Positions 54,084 through 64,000 are shown, counted from the stretch's first letter. The stretch: DNA of 64,000 nt from an uncultured Lentisphaerales bacterium (GCA_964417715.1 CAYQJG010000006.1:17420-81419); one strand, 5' to 3'. The notes: generated by a model not told the origin, from the letters alone. Numbers and translations are program-made.

Positions 54084-57000
54084 ATGCTGCTTCCTTTCCG
54101 TCCGATCACGCGCGGACGTCAGCGTCGCGCACGCCAGACTGCGGCCGTCCTTGTCGGGATCGCATTGGCCCTCTACGGGTTGACCCTGCTTACCTATGCG
54201 TTTCCCGGCGACTCGGTCCGCTGGATCGCATGGGCAGCCGGGCTGGACGTGCGCGATGCGCCGACGCACCCGCTGCTGACGGCCCTGGGGCACTGGGTCG
54301 CCGGGTGGCCGGTCGGCTCGCTGGCCTGGCGCCTCAATGCACTCGCCGCCGTGGCCGGCGCGCTGACGGTGGGATGGGCCTACAAACTCGTCTGGTTCCT
54401 GACGTTTGAATCCATGCGCGAGCAATCGGCATCGACGCATGCATCGCGCACCGCACACTTCGGCGGGTGCGTGGCCGCGTTGGCGGTGGGCGTCAGTCTG
54501 CCGTTCTGGCTGGCGGCCACGCGCTTTCGCCCCGAGGTCTTCGATGCCGCGTTGCTGATGGGCTGCGCGCATCTGCTGGTTGTCTACGCGCGGTCCGAGA
54601 AGCGCCGCTGGCTCTTCCTTTTTGGCGCCGTGTACGGCTTCGGTGTCGCCGAGACGCCGCTTTTCATCGCCGCAGCCCCCGCGATGGCGCTCTTCGCGGT
54701 CTACGTGGAATGGAAGCTCTTCTGGTGCCAGATCCGCCGCCTGTTCGTGGCTGCGGCGCTCTCGCTCGTGTCGCTGTGCACCACTCACTTCGTGACAGCC
54801 CGGCTCTTTCTGATTGCGAACGGGCACGCGGCTGACTACCCGTCCACCATGCGTGTCGTGTTGCTAATCCTGCGCCAGCAACTCGATGCGCTCTCGCGCA
54901 TGCTGCCTTCACATCTCTGGCTGCCCGTGATCGGCCTGGGCATCGGAGCCGCCGCGCTGACGCTCTTCGCCGCTATCCAGACACTGGATAACCGCCGTTC
55001 CTGGAGCCAGTTCCTCCTGAACGTAGCCCTGACGCTCGGAGCCGTCCTGTTGCTCTGCAATGCGCCTGTCTCGCCCTGGGGCGTCGTGGCGCCGCTCGGT
55101 GCGCTCCCCGCCGTCACCTACCTGCTGGCCGGCATGGGACTGGGCCTGCTGGCCGCATCGTGGCGCGCATGGCGTGTGATGGACGACCCAGTGGACACGG
55201 AGGATCTCTCCGACAGTGACCCCGACGAAGGCGAGGAAGATGCGGGCGTGGTCATGGTCAACATGACGGGAGCCATCGCGAACACCTCGTTCAGGGCCAC
55301 GCGCGTGGCCGGCGCACTGCTTGCACCCGCGCTGGTCGCGCTGATTGCGTGCGCCGGGCTTGTCAACGGTTCCCGCCAGATTACGGACGACGGCTCCTTT
55401 GCCGACCGTGCGGCGGACGTCCTGCTGGACCAACTGAAGGGCCGGACCTGGGTCGTGGCGAACGGCCTGCTGGACGCGCACATCCTGGTGCGCGCGCACG
55501 CGCGACAGATCACCGTGCGCCTGCTCTGCCCCTACCGCGCCACCGAGCGAAACTACACAGCCGCCATCCTTCGAACGGTGCAGTCCGATCCCGACGTGTC
55601 CGAGAATGCCAAACTGCGCGCCGCCAGCCTGATCGCCTACAACTTCCACGTCTTTGTCGAGGACCTCTTCGCAACAGACGCCGGCATCGGCGGCAAAGCG
55701 GTGAGCATGGGACTGCCCGACATCTGGTACGGGTCCGGTTGGGCGCCCGTTCCCGAGAAACTCGTCTACGGCGGCATCCGGACGTTGCCCGAGATCAAAG
55801 GCCGCGATCTGCTGGCAGAGCACGAATCGTTCTGGTCGGCGTGGAAGTCCTTCCTCGGCAAGACCGATGCGCGCATGTCCCGCCAGACATCCTACCGTCA
55901 CCGCCTCGCGTTGCGGCAGCACCTTGCGTTCGTCGCGAATAACCTCGGCGTAACGCTGGCCGACCTGGACCGCCCCGAGGAGGCTTTCCGTGCCTACCAG
56001 GAGGCCCGCGCAATCGATCCGGCCAACATCAGCGCCCTGCTGAATGTCTTCGCCCTGATCTCGCGTGGTCTCCATCCGGAACTGAAGCTGCCCATCGAAC
56101 GCGAACTGCGGCTCAAGGTCGAAGACCCCAAGCAGCGCTATTCCCTGTGGGCGCTCAGCCGGACGTACGGCTATGTCCGCAACTACGAGATGTTCATGCA
56201 GATGGGTTGGTCATGGGCCCTTTCCAGCAGCCCGGGAGCGGTGCTGGCGGGGCTGCGCAGCGAGTACGCAATGAGCCAGAGCGACGACCGGCGCGCCGCC
56301 CTGACGGCGCTCATGGCTGCCGTTCACGAGATGCATGGCGACCGCGAGAAGAGCGCCGCCGTCTACCGCGAGACGATCCGCACGGACCCGAAGAATACCA
56401 CGGCCATCTCAGGGCTGGTTCGCCTGGCCCTGCAGGAGAGTGTCGTCGACGGGGCGCGCAAGATCCTGGAGGACGGCGAGAACGCGGGCGCGTCAAAACG
56501 GTTGCTCAGGCAGGACTGGGCCGCCGTGTACCTGGTTGCCGGTGATCTGCCGCGCGCGCGTGTGGTTCTCCAGGAACTCGCCGACGAACCGAACGCCAAC
56601 CCCATGTCGCTGGCCATGCTGGCCATGGTCATGATCGAGCAGAAGGATGTTGCTTCGGTCGAGGCGGCTGTGCTGCCCAAGCTGGTCAAAGCCGCCAGCG
56701 GGAACGACTCGTACTTCTCCCAGGTTGTCCAGGGGCAGATCTGGCAGCACAAGGGCAAGGCATTCTACGCCAACGCGCTGGTCTGCTTCCAACGGGCCGC
56801 CCTGTTCCGGCCGGATGTCCAGGCCCTGCAGGACGTGATCCTGATGCTCGTGGTCTCGATGGAAGATCAGCGGGCCGCCGAGGCACGCGCCCTGACCATC
56901 CTGCGGCAGCGGCCGGATCACCCATTCGCCAACTTCATCATTGGGTCGATCCGCCTGGAGCAGGGCCAGTACGGCGACGCTGAAACCTACCTGCGGCTCA

Positions 57001-57395
57001 GCACGGCCGGCGCCACGCCGACCCTTGCGGCGCTCAACAACTACGCCCAGGTGCTCTGCCGCCTGCGCAAACTGGGCGACGCGGAGCGCGCAGCCCGCAG
57101 GGCCACCGAAATCGCGCCGGACCGCTATGAAGGCTGGTCCACGCTGGCTCTCATCCTGGCGACCGGCGACAAACTGGACGATGCCGCGGCCGCCCTCGCC
57201 CGGTCGCGCGCGCTCAACACAACCGACTCCCGCCTGTCTCTCGTGGACGGCGTGATCGCCGTCAAACGCGGCGATCTGGCCGCCGCGGAGAAAGCCCTTG
57301 CCGACGTCGGGTCCGAGACCGCCCTCTCGGTCGCCGACAACCGCGAGTTGCAGAACCTGACGGTCGAGGTTGCGCGCCTGCGCAACAAGCGGTGA
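54084..57395 (+). CDS. DUF2723 (TMEM260/glycosyltransferase-C-like) multi-pass membrane protein with long C-terminal TPR region
   Basis: The ATG at 54084 follows GGAG. The N-terminal ~450 aa are polytopic ('YAFPGDSVRWIAWAAGLDV', 'RLNALAAVAGALTV'). The C-terminal ~600 aa are TPR-like repeats. Confidence 0.68.
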   Translation: MLLPFRPITRGRQRRARQTAAVLVGIALALYGLTLLTYAFPGDSVRWIAWAAGLDVRDAPTHPLLTALGHWVAGWPVGSLAWRLNALAAVAGALTVGWAYKLVWFLTFESMREQSASTHASRTAHFGGCVAALAVGVSLPFWLAATRFRPEVFDAALLMGCAHLLVVYARSEKRRWLFLFGAVYGFGVAETPLFIAAAPAMALFAVYVEWKLFWCQIRRLFVAAALSLVSLCTTHFVTARLFLIANGHAADYPSTMRVVLLILRQQLDALSRMLPSHLWLPVIGLGIGAAALTLFAAIQTLDNRRSWSQFLLNVALTLGAVLLLCNAPVSPWGVVAPLGALPAVTYLLAGMGLGLLAASWRAWRVMDDPVDTEDLSDSDPDEGEEDAGVVMVNMTGAIANTSFRATRVAGALLAPALVALIACAGLVNGSRQITDDGSFADRAADVLLDQLKGRTWVVANGLLDAHILVRAHARQITVRLLCPYRATERNYTAAILRTVQSDPDVSENAKLRAASLIAYNFHVFVEDLFATDAGIGGKAVSMGLPDIWYGSGWAPVPEKLVYGGIRTLPEIKGRDLLAEHESFWSAWKSFLGKTDARMSRQTSYRHRLALRQHLAFVANNLGVTLADLDRPEEAFRAYQEARAIDPANISALLNVFALISRGLHPELKLPIERELRLKVEDPKQRYSLWALSRTYGYVRNYEMFMQMGWSWALSSSPGAVLAGLRSEYAMSQSDDRRAALTALMAAVHEMHGDREKSAAVYRETIRTDPKNTTAISGLVRLALQESVVDGARKILEDGENAGASKRLLRQDWAAVYLVAGDLPRARVVLQELADEPNANPMSLAMLAMVMIEQKDVASVEAAVLPKLVKAASGNDSYFSQVVQGQIWQHKGKAFYANALVCFQRAALFRPDVQALQDVILMLVVSMEDQRAAEARALTILRQRPDHPFANFIIGSIRLEQGQYGDAETYLRLSTAGATPTLAALNNYAQVLCRLRKLGDAERAARRATEIAPDRYEGWSTLALILATGDKLDDAAAALARSRALNTTDSRLSLVDGVIAVKRGDLAAAEKALADVGSETALSVADNRELQNLTVEVARLRNKR

Positions 57396-57417
57396 CGGCC
57401 GACGGGGGGATTGCGGC

Positions 57418-59943
57418 ATGACGTTCCCCTTTGCTCACCTGCCTGACCTGCCCGTCCGTGCCGTGCTGCCCGACGTGGCCACCGCCCTCGCCGACAACCG
57501 CCCGGTCGTACTGCAGGCCCCCCCGGGCTCTGGCAAGACCACCCTCGTGCCGCCTTCGCTGCTGGACGCGCCCTGGCTCGAAGGCCGGCGCATCCTGCTG
57601 TTGGAGCCGCGCCGCCTCGCCGCCCGTGCGGCCGCGCGCTACATGGCCCGCCTGCTCGGGGAGGAAGTCGGACACCGTGTCGGCTACCACATCCGTCTGG
57701 AGCGACGCGTCAGTGCCGCCACACGCGTGGAGATCGTGACCGAAGGCCTGCTCACCCAGCGCCTGCTGCACGACCCGGAACTCGCCGAGGCCGGCGTCAT
57801 CATCTTCGACGAATTCCACGAGCGCAGCCTGGCCGCCGACCAGGGGCTCGCGCTGGCGCTTGACGTCCGCCGCGCGCTGCGACCGGATTTGCGCCTCGTC
57901 GTCATGTCCGCCACGCTGGACCCGGCACCCATCGCACGCCATCTCGGCGGAGCCGCCATCGTGACCGCCACGTCGCGCGTGTGGCCCGTCGATACGCGTC
58001 TGCTCGACCGCCCGCCGACAGCCCCCCTGCCCCGCCAGGCCGCGGACGCCGTTCTGCGCGCGCTCTCCGCGGAGGAGGGCAGCCTGCTCGTGTTCCTGCC
58101 GGGCGAAGGCGAGATCCGCCGTACGGCCGATCTCCTGCGCGATGCACGTCTGCCCGCCCACATCAGCGTCCACCCGCTCTTCGCCGCCCTGCCGCGCGCA
58201 AGCCAGGATGCAGCCGTCGAGCCGCCCGCCGCCGGCCGCCGCAAGATCGTCCTCGCAACATCGATTGCCGAGTCGAGCCTCACCATCGAAGGCATCCGCG
58301 TGGTGATCGACACCGGGTGGATGCGCGTGCCGCGCTATGCGCCGCGCACGGGCATGTCGCGCCTCGAAACCCTCAGGGTCACACGCGACCGCGCCGACCA
58401 GCGCCGCGGCCGGGCGGGACGCCTCGGGCCAGGCGTCTGCTACCGCCTGTGGGACGACGCGGCGGACCGCCAGCTTGTGCCCGAGGCCACGCCCGAGATT
58501 CTCGACGCGGATCTCGCCGCGCTCGTGCTGCAGTCCGCCGACTGGGGGGCTGCCGGCCGCGAGGAACTGCCGTGGTTCACGCCGCCGCCGGATGCCGCCT
58601 GGCGCCAGGCCGTCGCCCTGCTGCAGGAACTGGAGGCGCTCGACGCCAGCGGCCGCATCACCCCCCGCGGGCGACGCATGGTGGGCCTGCCGATCCACCC
58701 GCGCCTCAGCCACATGGTCCTCGTCGCCGAGGAACACGGCGGCGGTCGCCGTGCCTGCCTGCTGGCTGCGGCCGTATCCGAACAGGCCGGCGAACTCACC
58801 TTGCGGCGCGAAACCGACGCGCGCCGGCTGCTGGACCATCTGGGGGTCGACACGTCCGGCCCGTCTGACACGTCCGACATGTCTGAGCCTCTCGCTCACT
58901 CCGACTGGTCCTCGCGCGTGCGCCGGCTCGCCAGCCAATGGGGACGACACCTGCCACCGCGCGACCGCGCGACGCTCGACACCGGCCGCCTGCTCGCCTG
59001 GGCCTTCCCTGATCGGATCGCGCGACGGCGCGACGCCAGCGGCCGCTACCTCATGGTCAACGGCCGCGGTGCCACGCTGGATGCGGCCGACCCGCTCGTG
59101 AACGAGGAGTGGCTGGTGGCCGTCGAACTTCAGGATGACGGCGCCGACGCACGCGTGCGGCTGGCCGCGCCGATCAACCGCAGCGACGTCGAGGAAGACG
59201 GCGCGTCACGGATCACCGCGACGCCGCTGGTCACCTGGGACCGGCGGGCACTGGCGGTGCAGGCCGTATGCCGATACCAGCTTGGCGCGATCGTGCTGCG
59301 CGACTCGGGACTCAAGCAACCAGACGCGATGCTGGTGCGCGGGGCGCTGCTGGATGGCATCCGCCAACAGGGACTCGAACGGCTGAACTGGACGCCGGCG
59401 GCGCGTGCCTTGCAGGCGCGCATGCTGTTCCTGCGACGGGCGCGGCCGGAGGACGACTGGCCCGACGTATCGGACACCACGCTGGCCGCCGATCTCGAGG
59501 CCTGGCTGGGGGACGCCGTGAACGGCCTGCTGCGCTGGGAGCAGGTGCAGAGGGTCAACCTGTGCGAACCGCTGCTGGCGCGGCTGGGCGCGCGGCGCCG
59601 CTTGCTGGACGAACTCGCCCCCACGCACCTGCCGGTTCCAAGTGGCTCGCGGATCCAGGTACACTACGATCAGGGCGACGTGCCGGTCCTCGCGGTGCGC
59701 ATACAGGAGGTGTTCGGCCTCGCAGCCACGCCGCGCGTGGCAGGTGGCCGTGTCCCCGTCCTGATGCACCTGCTCTCGCCGGCGCAGCGCCCCGTGCAGG
59801 TGACCGCCGACCTGGAGAGCTTCTGGAACAGCAGTTACGCCCGCGTCCGCAAGGAGTTGCGCGGCCGCTACCCCAAACACCCCTGGCCCGAGGACCCCCG
59901 CGCCGCCGAACCCACGCGGCGGCTCAAGCCCAAAGGCAGTTGA
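57418..59943 (+). CDS. hrpB: ATP-dependent DEAH-box helicase HrpB
   Basis: 'LQAPPGSGKTT', 'IFDEFHERS', 'SATL', 'TSIAESSLTIEG', 'QRRGRAGR', and the HrpB C-terminal domain. Confidence 0.93.
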   Translation: MTFPFAHLPDLPVRAVLPDVATALADNRPVVLQAPPGSGKTTLVPPSLLDAPWLEGRRILLLEPRRLAARAAARYMARLLGEEVGHRVGYHIRLERRVSAATRVEIVTEGLLTQRLLHDPELAEAGVIIFDEFHERSLAADQGLALALDVRRALRPDLRLVVMSATLDPAPIARHLGGAAIVTATSRVWPVDTRLLDRPPTAPLPRQAADAVLRALSAEEGSLLVFLPGEGEIRRTADLLRDARLPAHISVHPLFAALPRASQDAAVEPPAAGRRKIVLATSIAESSLTIEGIRVVIDTGWMRVPRYAPRTGMSRLETLRVTRDRADQRRGRAGRLGPGVCYRLWDDAADRQLVPEATPEILDADLAALVLQSADWGAAGREELPWFTPPPDAAWRQAVALLQELEALDASGRITPRGRRMVGLPIHPRLSHMVLVAEEHGGGRRACLLAAAVSEQAGELTLRRETDARRLLDHLGVDTSGPSDTSDMSEPLAHSDWSSRVRRLASQWGRHLPPRDRATLDTGRLLAWAFPDRIARRRDASGRYLMVNGRGATLDAADPLVNEEWLVAVELQDDGADARVRLAAPINRSDVEEDGASRITATPLVTWDRRALAVQAVCRYQLGAIVLRDSGLKQPDAMLVRGALLDGIRQQGLERLNWTPAARALQARMLFLRRARPEDDWPDVSDTTLAADLEAWLGDAVNGLLRWEQVQRVNLCEPLLARLGARRRLLDELAPTHLPVPSGSRIQVHYDQGDVPVLAVRIQEVFGLAATPRVAGGRVPVLMHLLSPAQRPVQVTADLESFWNSSYARVRKELRGRYPKHPWPEDPRAAEPTRRLKPKGS

Positions 59944-59959
59944 CCACGGCGGCCGGGCG

Positions 59960-60406
59960 CTACATCATGCGCTCGATCGAGGCGCGCTTGGCCGCATAGG
60001 CCTTGCCCAAACCGAGCGTGATCGCCTGGTCGCACAGGGCCAGCGCGCGTTCGAACTCGCCGTCGTCGAGCGCCAGTGCAATGCCGCGCTCCAGGTAGCG
60101 GATCGACGGCACGTACTCGCGGAAACGCTGTGCCGCCTCCTCCTGAGCCGCCGGCAGGTAGTCGGACGCCCGCGCCACGGCGTTGCGGCAGGTGTCAGGA
60201 TCGTCGGCCTGGCTGGCGTCCTCGGCAAGCAGATCGTAGAGGAAGAACTTCACCGCGTTGGGGATCGAGTTGTTGCGCTCGAAGAACTTGAGCAGGTACT
60301 TCTTCCCCCTCTCAGCCCCACCCAGCAGCGCGTCATTGTGCCCGTCCATGAGATCGCCCAGGATCTCCGTGGGGGTCTTGCGAATCGGTGCGATACGGTC
60401 AGCCAT
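59960..60406 (-). CDS. hypothetical helical protein
   Basis: 148-aa ORF 6 nt downstream of the histidine kinase stop on the same strand. Predicted helical/TPR-like C-terminus. I recognise no motif. Confidence 0.5.
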   Translation of the reverse strand: MADRIAPIRKTPTEILGDLMDGHNDALLGGAERGKKYLLKFFERNNSIPNAVKFFLYDLLAEDASQADDPDTCRNAVARASDYLPAAQEEAAQRFREYVPSIRYLERGIALALDDGEFERALALCDQAITLGLGKAYAAKRASIERMM

Positions 60407-60412
60407 GCTTCC

Positions 60413-62887
60413 TCATTTCAGGACCTGCGCCAGCACGTCCAGCAGTCTATTGCGGGTGTATGGTTTCTCGAGAACGCCACTGAACCCGTATTCGGCGTGA
60501 TTCGCCATCACCGGGTCCTCCGCGTAGCCGCTGGACACGATCACACGGGCGTGGGGATCACCCGCCAGGATCGCCTTGACCGCTTCGCACCCGCCCATGC
60601 CGCCGGGAATCGTCAGGTCCATGATGACCGCTTCAAAAGGTGTGCCGGACGCCCGCGCCTGCAGGTACATCTCGACGGCCTCACGCCCGCTGCGGGCGGC
60701 CGCAACCACGAAGCCGTCGGGTTCAAGCATCCGCGCGGTGACCGACAGGATCATCTCCTCGTCATCCATGACCAGCACCCTGACCGGACGTTCCGGTGGC
60801 GAACCTGCCCGCCGGGACTCGCCCGTCTCGGCACGTCGAGGTGAAACGGACGCCGGTAAATAGAGGGTGAAGGTCGTCCCTCTTCCCGGTTCGGAGACCA
60901 CACCGATGTGCCCGCCGTGCTGGCTGATGATCGAGTACGTCACTGCCAGACCCAACCCGCTGCCGTTCTGCTTGGTCGTGAAATACGGGTCGAATATGCG
61001 ATCAATGTTCTTTTGATCAATGCCCACACCCTCATCCCGCACGGTCATCCTGACGTATTTCCCTTGACGAAGACCGGGGAGGACCTCTCCCTGAAAATCG
61101 ACATTCTCGAGGGAAAAAAACAGGTTCCCACCGTTGGGCATGGCTTGGCGAGCGTTGATGGTCAGGTTGGAGACGACCTGTTGGATCTGCCCCTTGTCGA
61201 CATCCACCTGCCACAGTCCGTCAACCTGACACACCTGATACCTGACGTTGCTGCCGGAAAGGTCGAAGCGCACGACTTCATCGACCAGCGTCTCCAGACT
61301 GACGTCCTCCGTTATGGGTGCGCCGCCCTTGGCGAACGTCAGCAACTGCTTCGTCAGACGAACGGCCCGCGCCATGGACTTCTCGGCCTCATCCAGTAAC
61401 CGAAAGCTTGGGTGTTTGGCTCCAAGGCCGCCCTTGGCCAGCGAGATATTCCCAAACAACCCCATCAAAACGTTGTTGAAATCATGCGCAATTCCGCCGG
61501 CCAGCGTGCCCACGCTCTGAAGCTTCTGCATCTTTTGGAGTTCGGATTCAGCCTGTTTGCGTGCGGTCAGATCGAGTCCGTAGAAGTAGTTCTTGCCATC
61601 CAGGATGATGAACCCCCACGAGACGATCCTGTGTGAGCCATCCTTGCAGGTGACCCGGCTCTCAACAGGTGCGAAGGTTGGATGCGACTCGGCCGCCTGG
61701 TCGATCCTGCGACTCCATTCCCCCGTGACTTGAAGGCGATAGTCGGCGTCCGGATACGCCCGTTGCCACCAGAGATCCAGCGTGGGCACATCCTCCAGCG
61801 AATAGCCAAAGAGCTTGACGAACATGGGGTTCACGTACTCCGAGACCCGGTCCGGTCCCGCCGACAAATGGATGGCCAACGGCACGGTCTCCGCCATCGC
61901 CCTGAAACGCTCCTCGCTCTCCCGCAGCGCCGTCTCAGCCTTCTTGCGCTCGATCAACCGCCACATGCCCTCCATGAGCAGCGTCAACTGGCGGACATCG
62001 TCCTCATCATATTCACCCGCCTTGTTGCCCACACCTGCCACCAGAACAATCGCGGAGCCAGCGAATACGGGGATGTTCATGTGGCGCGTGATGGCCACGT
62101 GGCCTTCGGGGCACCCCCTCGCCCAGGGGCTGACGGAATAGTCGTTGGTGATCACCGGTCGGCGCTGGCGGACCGCTTCCCCCCAAAGGCCGGTCGACGC
62201 AACGGGATACTGAAGCGGCTTGTTCGCGATGGCGCACATGGCCATGGCGGACTTTGACCACGCGTGCATCGTGAGCACGCTCTCGTCATCGTTCAGAAAC
62301 GCCAGGTAGCCGATCCTGCTGCGGGTCAACTGCACGGCCTTCTCCAAGGCGAACTCCGTGATCTCCTGCAGCGTCGCACCCGTCATCTGGTTCAGTCTCA
62401 GCAACGCGTCGGCACGCTCCGAGTTCAGCCTCATTGCCTCTTCGGCCCGTTTGCGCTCGGTGATATCGCGATAGATGGACTGGTAGGAGCCGTCGGGCAT
62501 CATCTTGGTGCGCATCTCAACGACAACCTCGGACGCATCAGGACGCACGAACGTGCGCTCGGTCGCGACGATTTCGCCCTTCTGCAGCAGATCAAAGCGC
62601 AGTGGGAACTGGACCAGACTTTCGTGCTTGAACGGCAGCAGGCTGATGTGCCTGCCGACGATGCGCTCCTGTGGCAGACCAACCATGGCGCACATGCACG
62701 CATTGACCTCGGTAATCGTCCCGTCATGCGCCCCAAGCAGGATTCCGTCAACCGCGAGCTCGACCAGCACGCGGTAACGCTCTTCGCGGGAGGTGTTCGC
62801 CGCATCCCGCCGGTTGGACTCTTCGCATGTGGTTTCTTCCATATCGTCCCGTAAGGATACCGACTTCCGCCCTTCCTGTAACCTCAA
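60413..62887 (-). CDS. multi-sensor hybrid histidine kinase (PAS-GAF-PAS-HisKA-HATPase_c-REC)
   Basis: H-box 'GIAHDFNNVL', N/G boxes 'NLTINARQAM' and 'DEGVGI...GSGLGL', and a C-terminal receiver 'VLVMDDE...IMDLTIPG...KP'. The exact start is uncertain. Confidence 0.9.
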   Translation of the reverse strand: MRLQEGRKSVSLRDDMEETTCEESNRRDAANTSREERYRVLVELAVDGILLGAHDGTITEVNACMCAMVGLPQERIVGRHISLLPFKHESLVQFPLRFDLLQKGEIVATERTFVRPDASEVVVEMRTKMMPDGSYQSIYRDITERKRAEEAMRLNSERADALLRLNQMTGATLQEITEFALEKAVQLTRSRIGYLAFLNDDESVLTMHAWSKSAMAMCAIANKPLQYPVASTGLWGEAVRQRRPVITNDYSVSPWARGCPEGHVAITRHMNIPVFAGSAIVLVAGVGNKAGEYDEDDVRQLTLLMEGMWRLIERKKAETALRESEERFRAMAETVPLAIHLSAGPDRVSEYVNPMFVKLFGYSLEDVPTLDLWWQRAYPDADYRLQVTGEWSRRIDQAAESHPTFAPVESRVTCKDGSHRIVSWGFIILDGKNYFYGLDLTARKQAESELQKMQKLQSVGTLAGGIAHDFNNVLMGLFGNISLAKGGLGAKHPSFRLLDEAEKSMARAVRLTKQLLTFAKGGAPITEDVSLETLVDEVVRFDLSGSNVRYQVCQVDGLWQVDVDKGQIQQVVSNLTINARQAMPNGGNLFFSLENVDFQGEVLPGLRQGKYVRMTVRDEGVGIDQKNIDRIFDPYFTTKQNGSGLGLAVTYSIISQHGGHIGVVSEPGRGTTFTLYLPASVSPRRAETGESRRAGSPPERPVRVLVMDDEEMILSVTARMLEPDGFVVAAARSGREAVEMYLQARASGTPFEAVIMDLTIPGGMGGCEAVKAILAGDPHARVIVSSGYAEDPVMANHAEYGFSGVLEKPYTRNRLLDVLAQVLK

Positions 62888-62925
62888 ATGCTGCCTGCTT
62901 GTGCTGTGCGACCAGCTACGGCATA

Positions 62926-63510
62926 ATGACTGGCATGCGCTACTGGTGGGCTAACCAGAAACATACCTATGCCTCCGAGGTCGCCGGAGGCTACCTCTGG
63001 AGCCACAAGCGGCGCGCGGATGGTTCACGCAACCCGTTCTATGAAACGGTCCGGCTGGCAGAGCCCGGCGACCTGATCTTTGCCTACAGCGATGCCTTCA
63101 TCAAGGCCATCGGGATGGTGCTGTCGCATGCCCGCGAGGCCACGCCCCCCTGCCTGCCGGTCACCGATGGCGCCCAACCGTCGAAGCGCCAGCCGGCGGC
63201 TGACGCGCCGGGTTGGCTTATCGACGTCGCGTGGCTGGAACTCAAACGCCCCCTGCAGCCGGGGCGTTTCATGGCGATCCTGGCGCCGCTGCTGCCTGAA
63301 TCCTATGCGCCGCTGACGCCCGCCGGCAAGGGCATCCAGGGCGGCCGCCTGCTCGAACTGCCGGCGAACCTGGCGCGCGCCATGCTCCAGCTCGCGGGCG
63401 GCAGCGACCCGGCCCAACTGGTCAACCCCGACTGGATGCCGCACCAGCTCAAGTTCGTCTTCGCGGAGCAACCCCCGTCCCCCCCCTCTGAAACCGGTGA
63501 TTCGAGGTGA
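62926..63510 (+). CDS. hypothetical protein with possible PUA/EVE-like N-terminal domain
   Basis: 'MRYWWANQKHTY..EVAGGYLWSHKRRADGSRNPFYETVRLAEPGDLIFAY' resembles a widespread uncharacterised N-terminal module. The ATG at 62926 or 62935 avoids overlap with the divergent kinase gene. Confidence 0.45.
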   Translation: MTGMRYWWANQKHTYASEVAGGYLWSHKRRADGSRNPFYETVRLAEPGDLIFAYSDAFIKAIGMVLSHAREATPPCLPVTDGAQPSKRQPAADAPGWLIDVAWLELKRPLQPGRFMAILAPLLPESYAPLTPAGKGIQGGRLLELPANLARAMLQLAGGSDPAQLVNPDWMPHQLKFVFAEQPPSPPSETGDSR

Positions 63511-63513
63511 CCT

Positions 63514-64000
63514 TTGGATTTTCCTGACGTTCCCCTGCTCAACAAGCGATTCGGCACCGCGGGCCGCGTGGCCTTCCGTGAAGGCCCCGGGGGCCTTCCG
63601 CTGGCGGCCATTGCCAACAAGCACGGCTCCGCGGAGATCTCGCTCTATGGCGGCCAGGTACTCTCCTACCGTCCGGCCGGTCACCTGCCCGTGCTCTTCG
63701 TAAGCCGGGAGTCTGCTTATACGCCGGGCAAGCCGATCCGTGGCGGCATCCCGGTCTGCTGGCCCTGGTTCGGCCCCCACCCGGAAGACGCGGCCCTGCC
63801 GCTGCACGGTTTCGCCCGCCTGCTGCGCTGGCACCTCACCGCCGTCGAGTACGGCGCGGAGAACACCGAGATCCGGCTCTGCCTGCTGGACGACGACCGC
63901 ACGCGCGCGTTCTGGCCCCATGCCTTCGAGCTCACCCTGCGCGTCGTGCTCGACGCCTCGCTGCGCATCGAGTTGACGACACACAACACCGACACGCGGC
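63514..64000 (+). CDS. D-hexose-6-phosphate mutarotase (YeaD-like aldose 1-epimerase family), 3' end outside window
   Basis: This gene is not in the supplied ORF track. I translated it by hand from TTG 63514, which follows GAGGTGA. 'YGGQVLSYRPAG', 'IRGGIPVCWPWFGP', 'LPLHGFARLL' and 'FWPHAFEL' match YeaD-type enzymes. The frame is open to the window end. Confidence 0.85.
   Translation, partial: MDFPDVPLLNKRFGTAGRVAFREGPGGLPLAAIANKHGSAEISLYGGQVLSYRPAGHLPVLFVSRESAYTPGKPIRGGIPVCWPWFGPHPEDAALPLHGFARLLRWHLTAVEYGAENTEIRLCLLDDDRTRAFWPHAFELTLRVVLDASLRIELTTHNTDTR

Overview
GC-rich bacterial chromosomal segment (about two-thirds G+C by eye, not computed) with about 50 tightly packed protein-coding genes. 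I recognise no rRNA, tRNA, CRISPR array, transposase, integrase or phage genes. The gene content (tandem-DUF4159 protein, DUF2723-TPR giant membrane protein, PA14/PKD/TPR protein, several signal-less glycosidase-like genes) resembles the PVC superphylum; this is inference only. Housekeeping blocks: pyrG-purF-gltD-gltB, with a divergent GAF/sigma-54 activator and a well-spaced sigma-54 promoter in front of gltB; a kamA, DUF721, panC run; a nadK-tlyA-tmk-cysS-ispF-comF run; a complete glycine-cleavage operon gcvT-H-PA-PB; and hrpB. Accessory blocks: (i) a LacI-containing operon that joins a heparinase/alginate-lyase-like gene, split by one in-frame TAG, to a dehydrogenase, a class-III aminotransferase and a short NagA-like amidohydrolase; (ii) a URO-D-family gene paired with AraC; (iii) two divergent cytoplasmic glycosidase-like genes. 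The second of these glycosidase-like genes opens a translationally coupled operon: GH-A hydrolase, TPP-dependent E1 alpha and E1 beta (no E2 or E3), GT2 glycosyltransferase, stand-alone acyl carrier protein, UPF0718-type permease. I consider this operon the best candidate for an undescribed pathway. Other notable items: a 119-aa protein that looks like a sigma-70 region-2 domain with nothing else, behind a strong promoter and coupled to trmB; a B12-binding radical SAM enzyme with a CX4CX2C cluster motif; an intergenic repeat family (paired 17-mers TTCGAYATTCTGCGGTT, once as a ~200-nt palindromic MITE-like unit that supplies the last ~40 codons and the stop of ispF); and a nested GGTTAAG palindrome array. 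All calls come from reading translations and sequence by eye. No database search was run.
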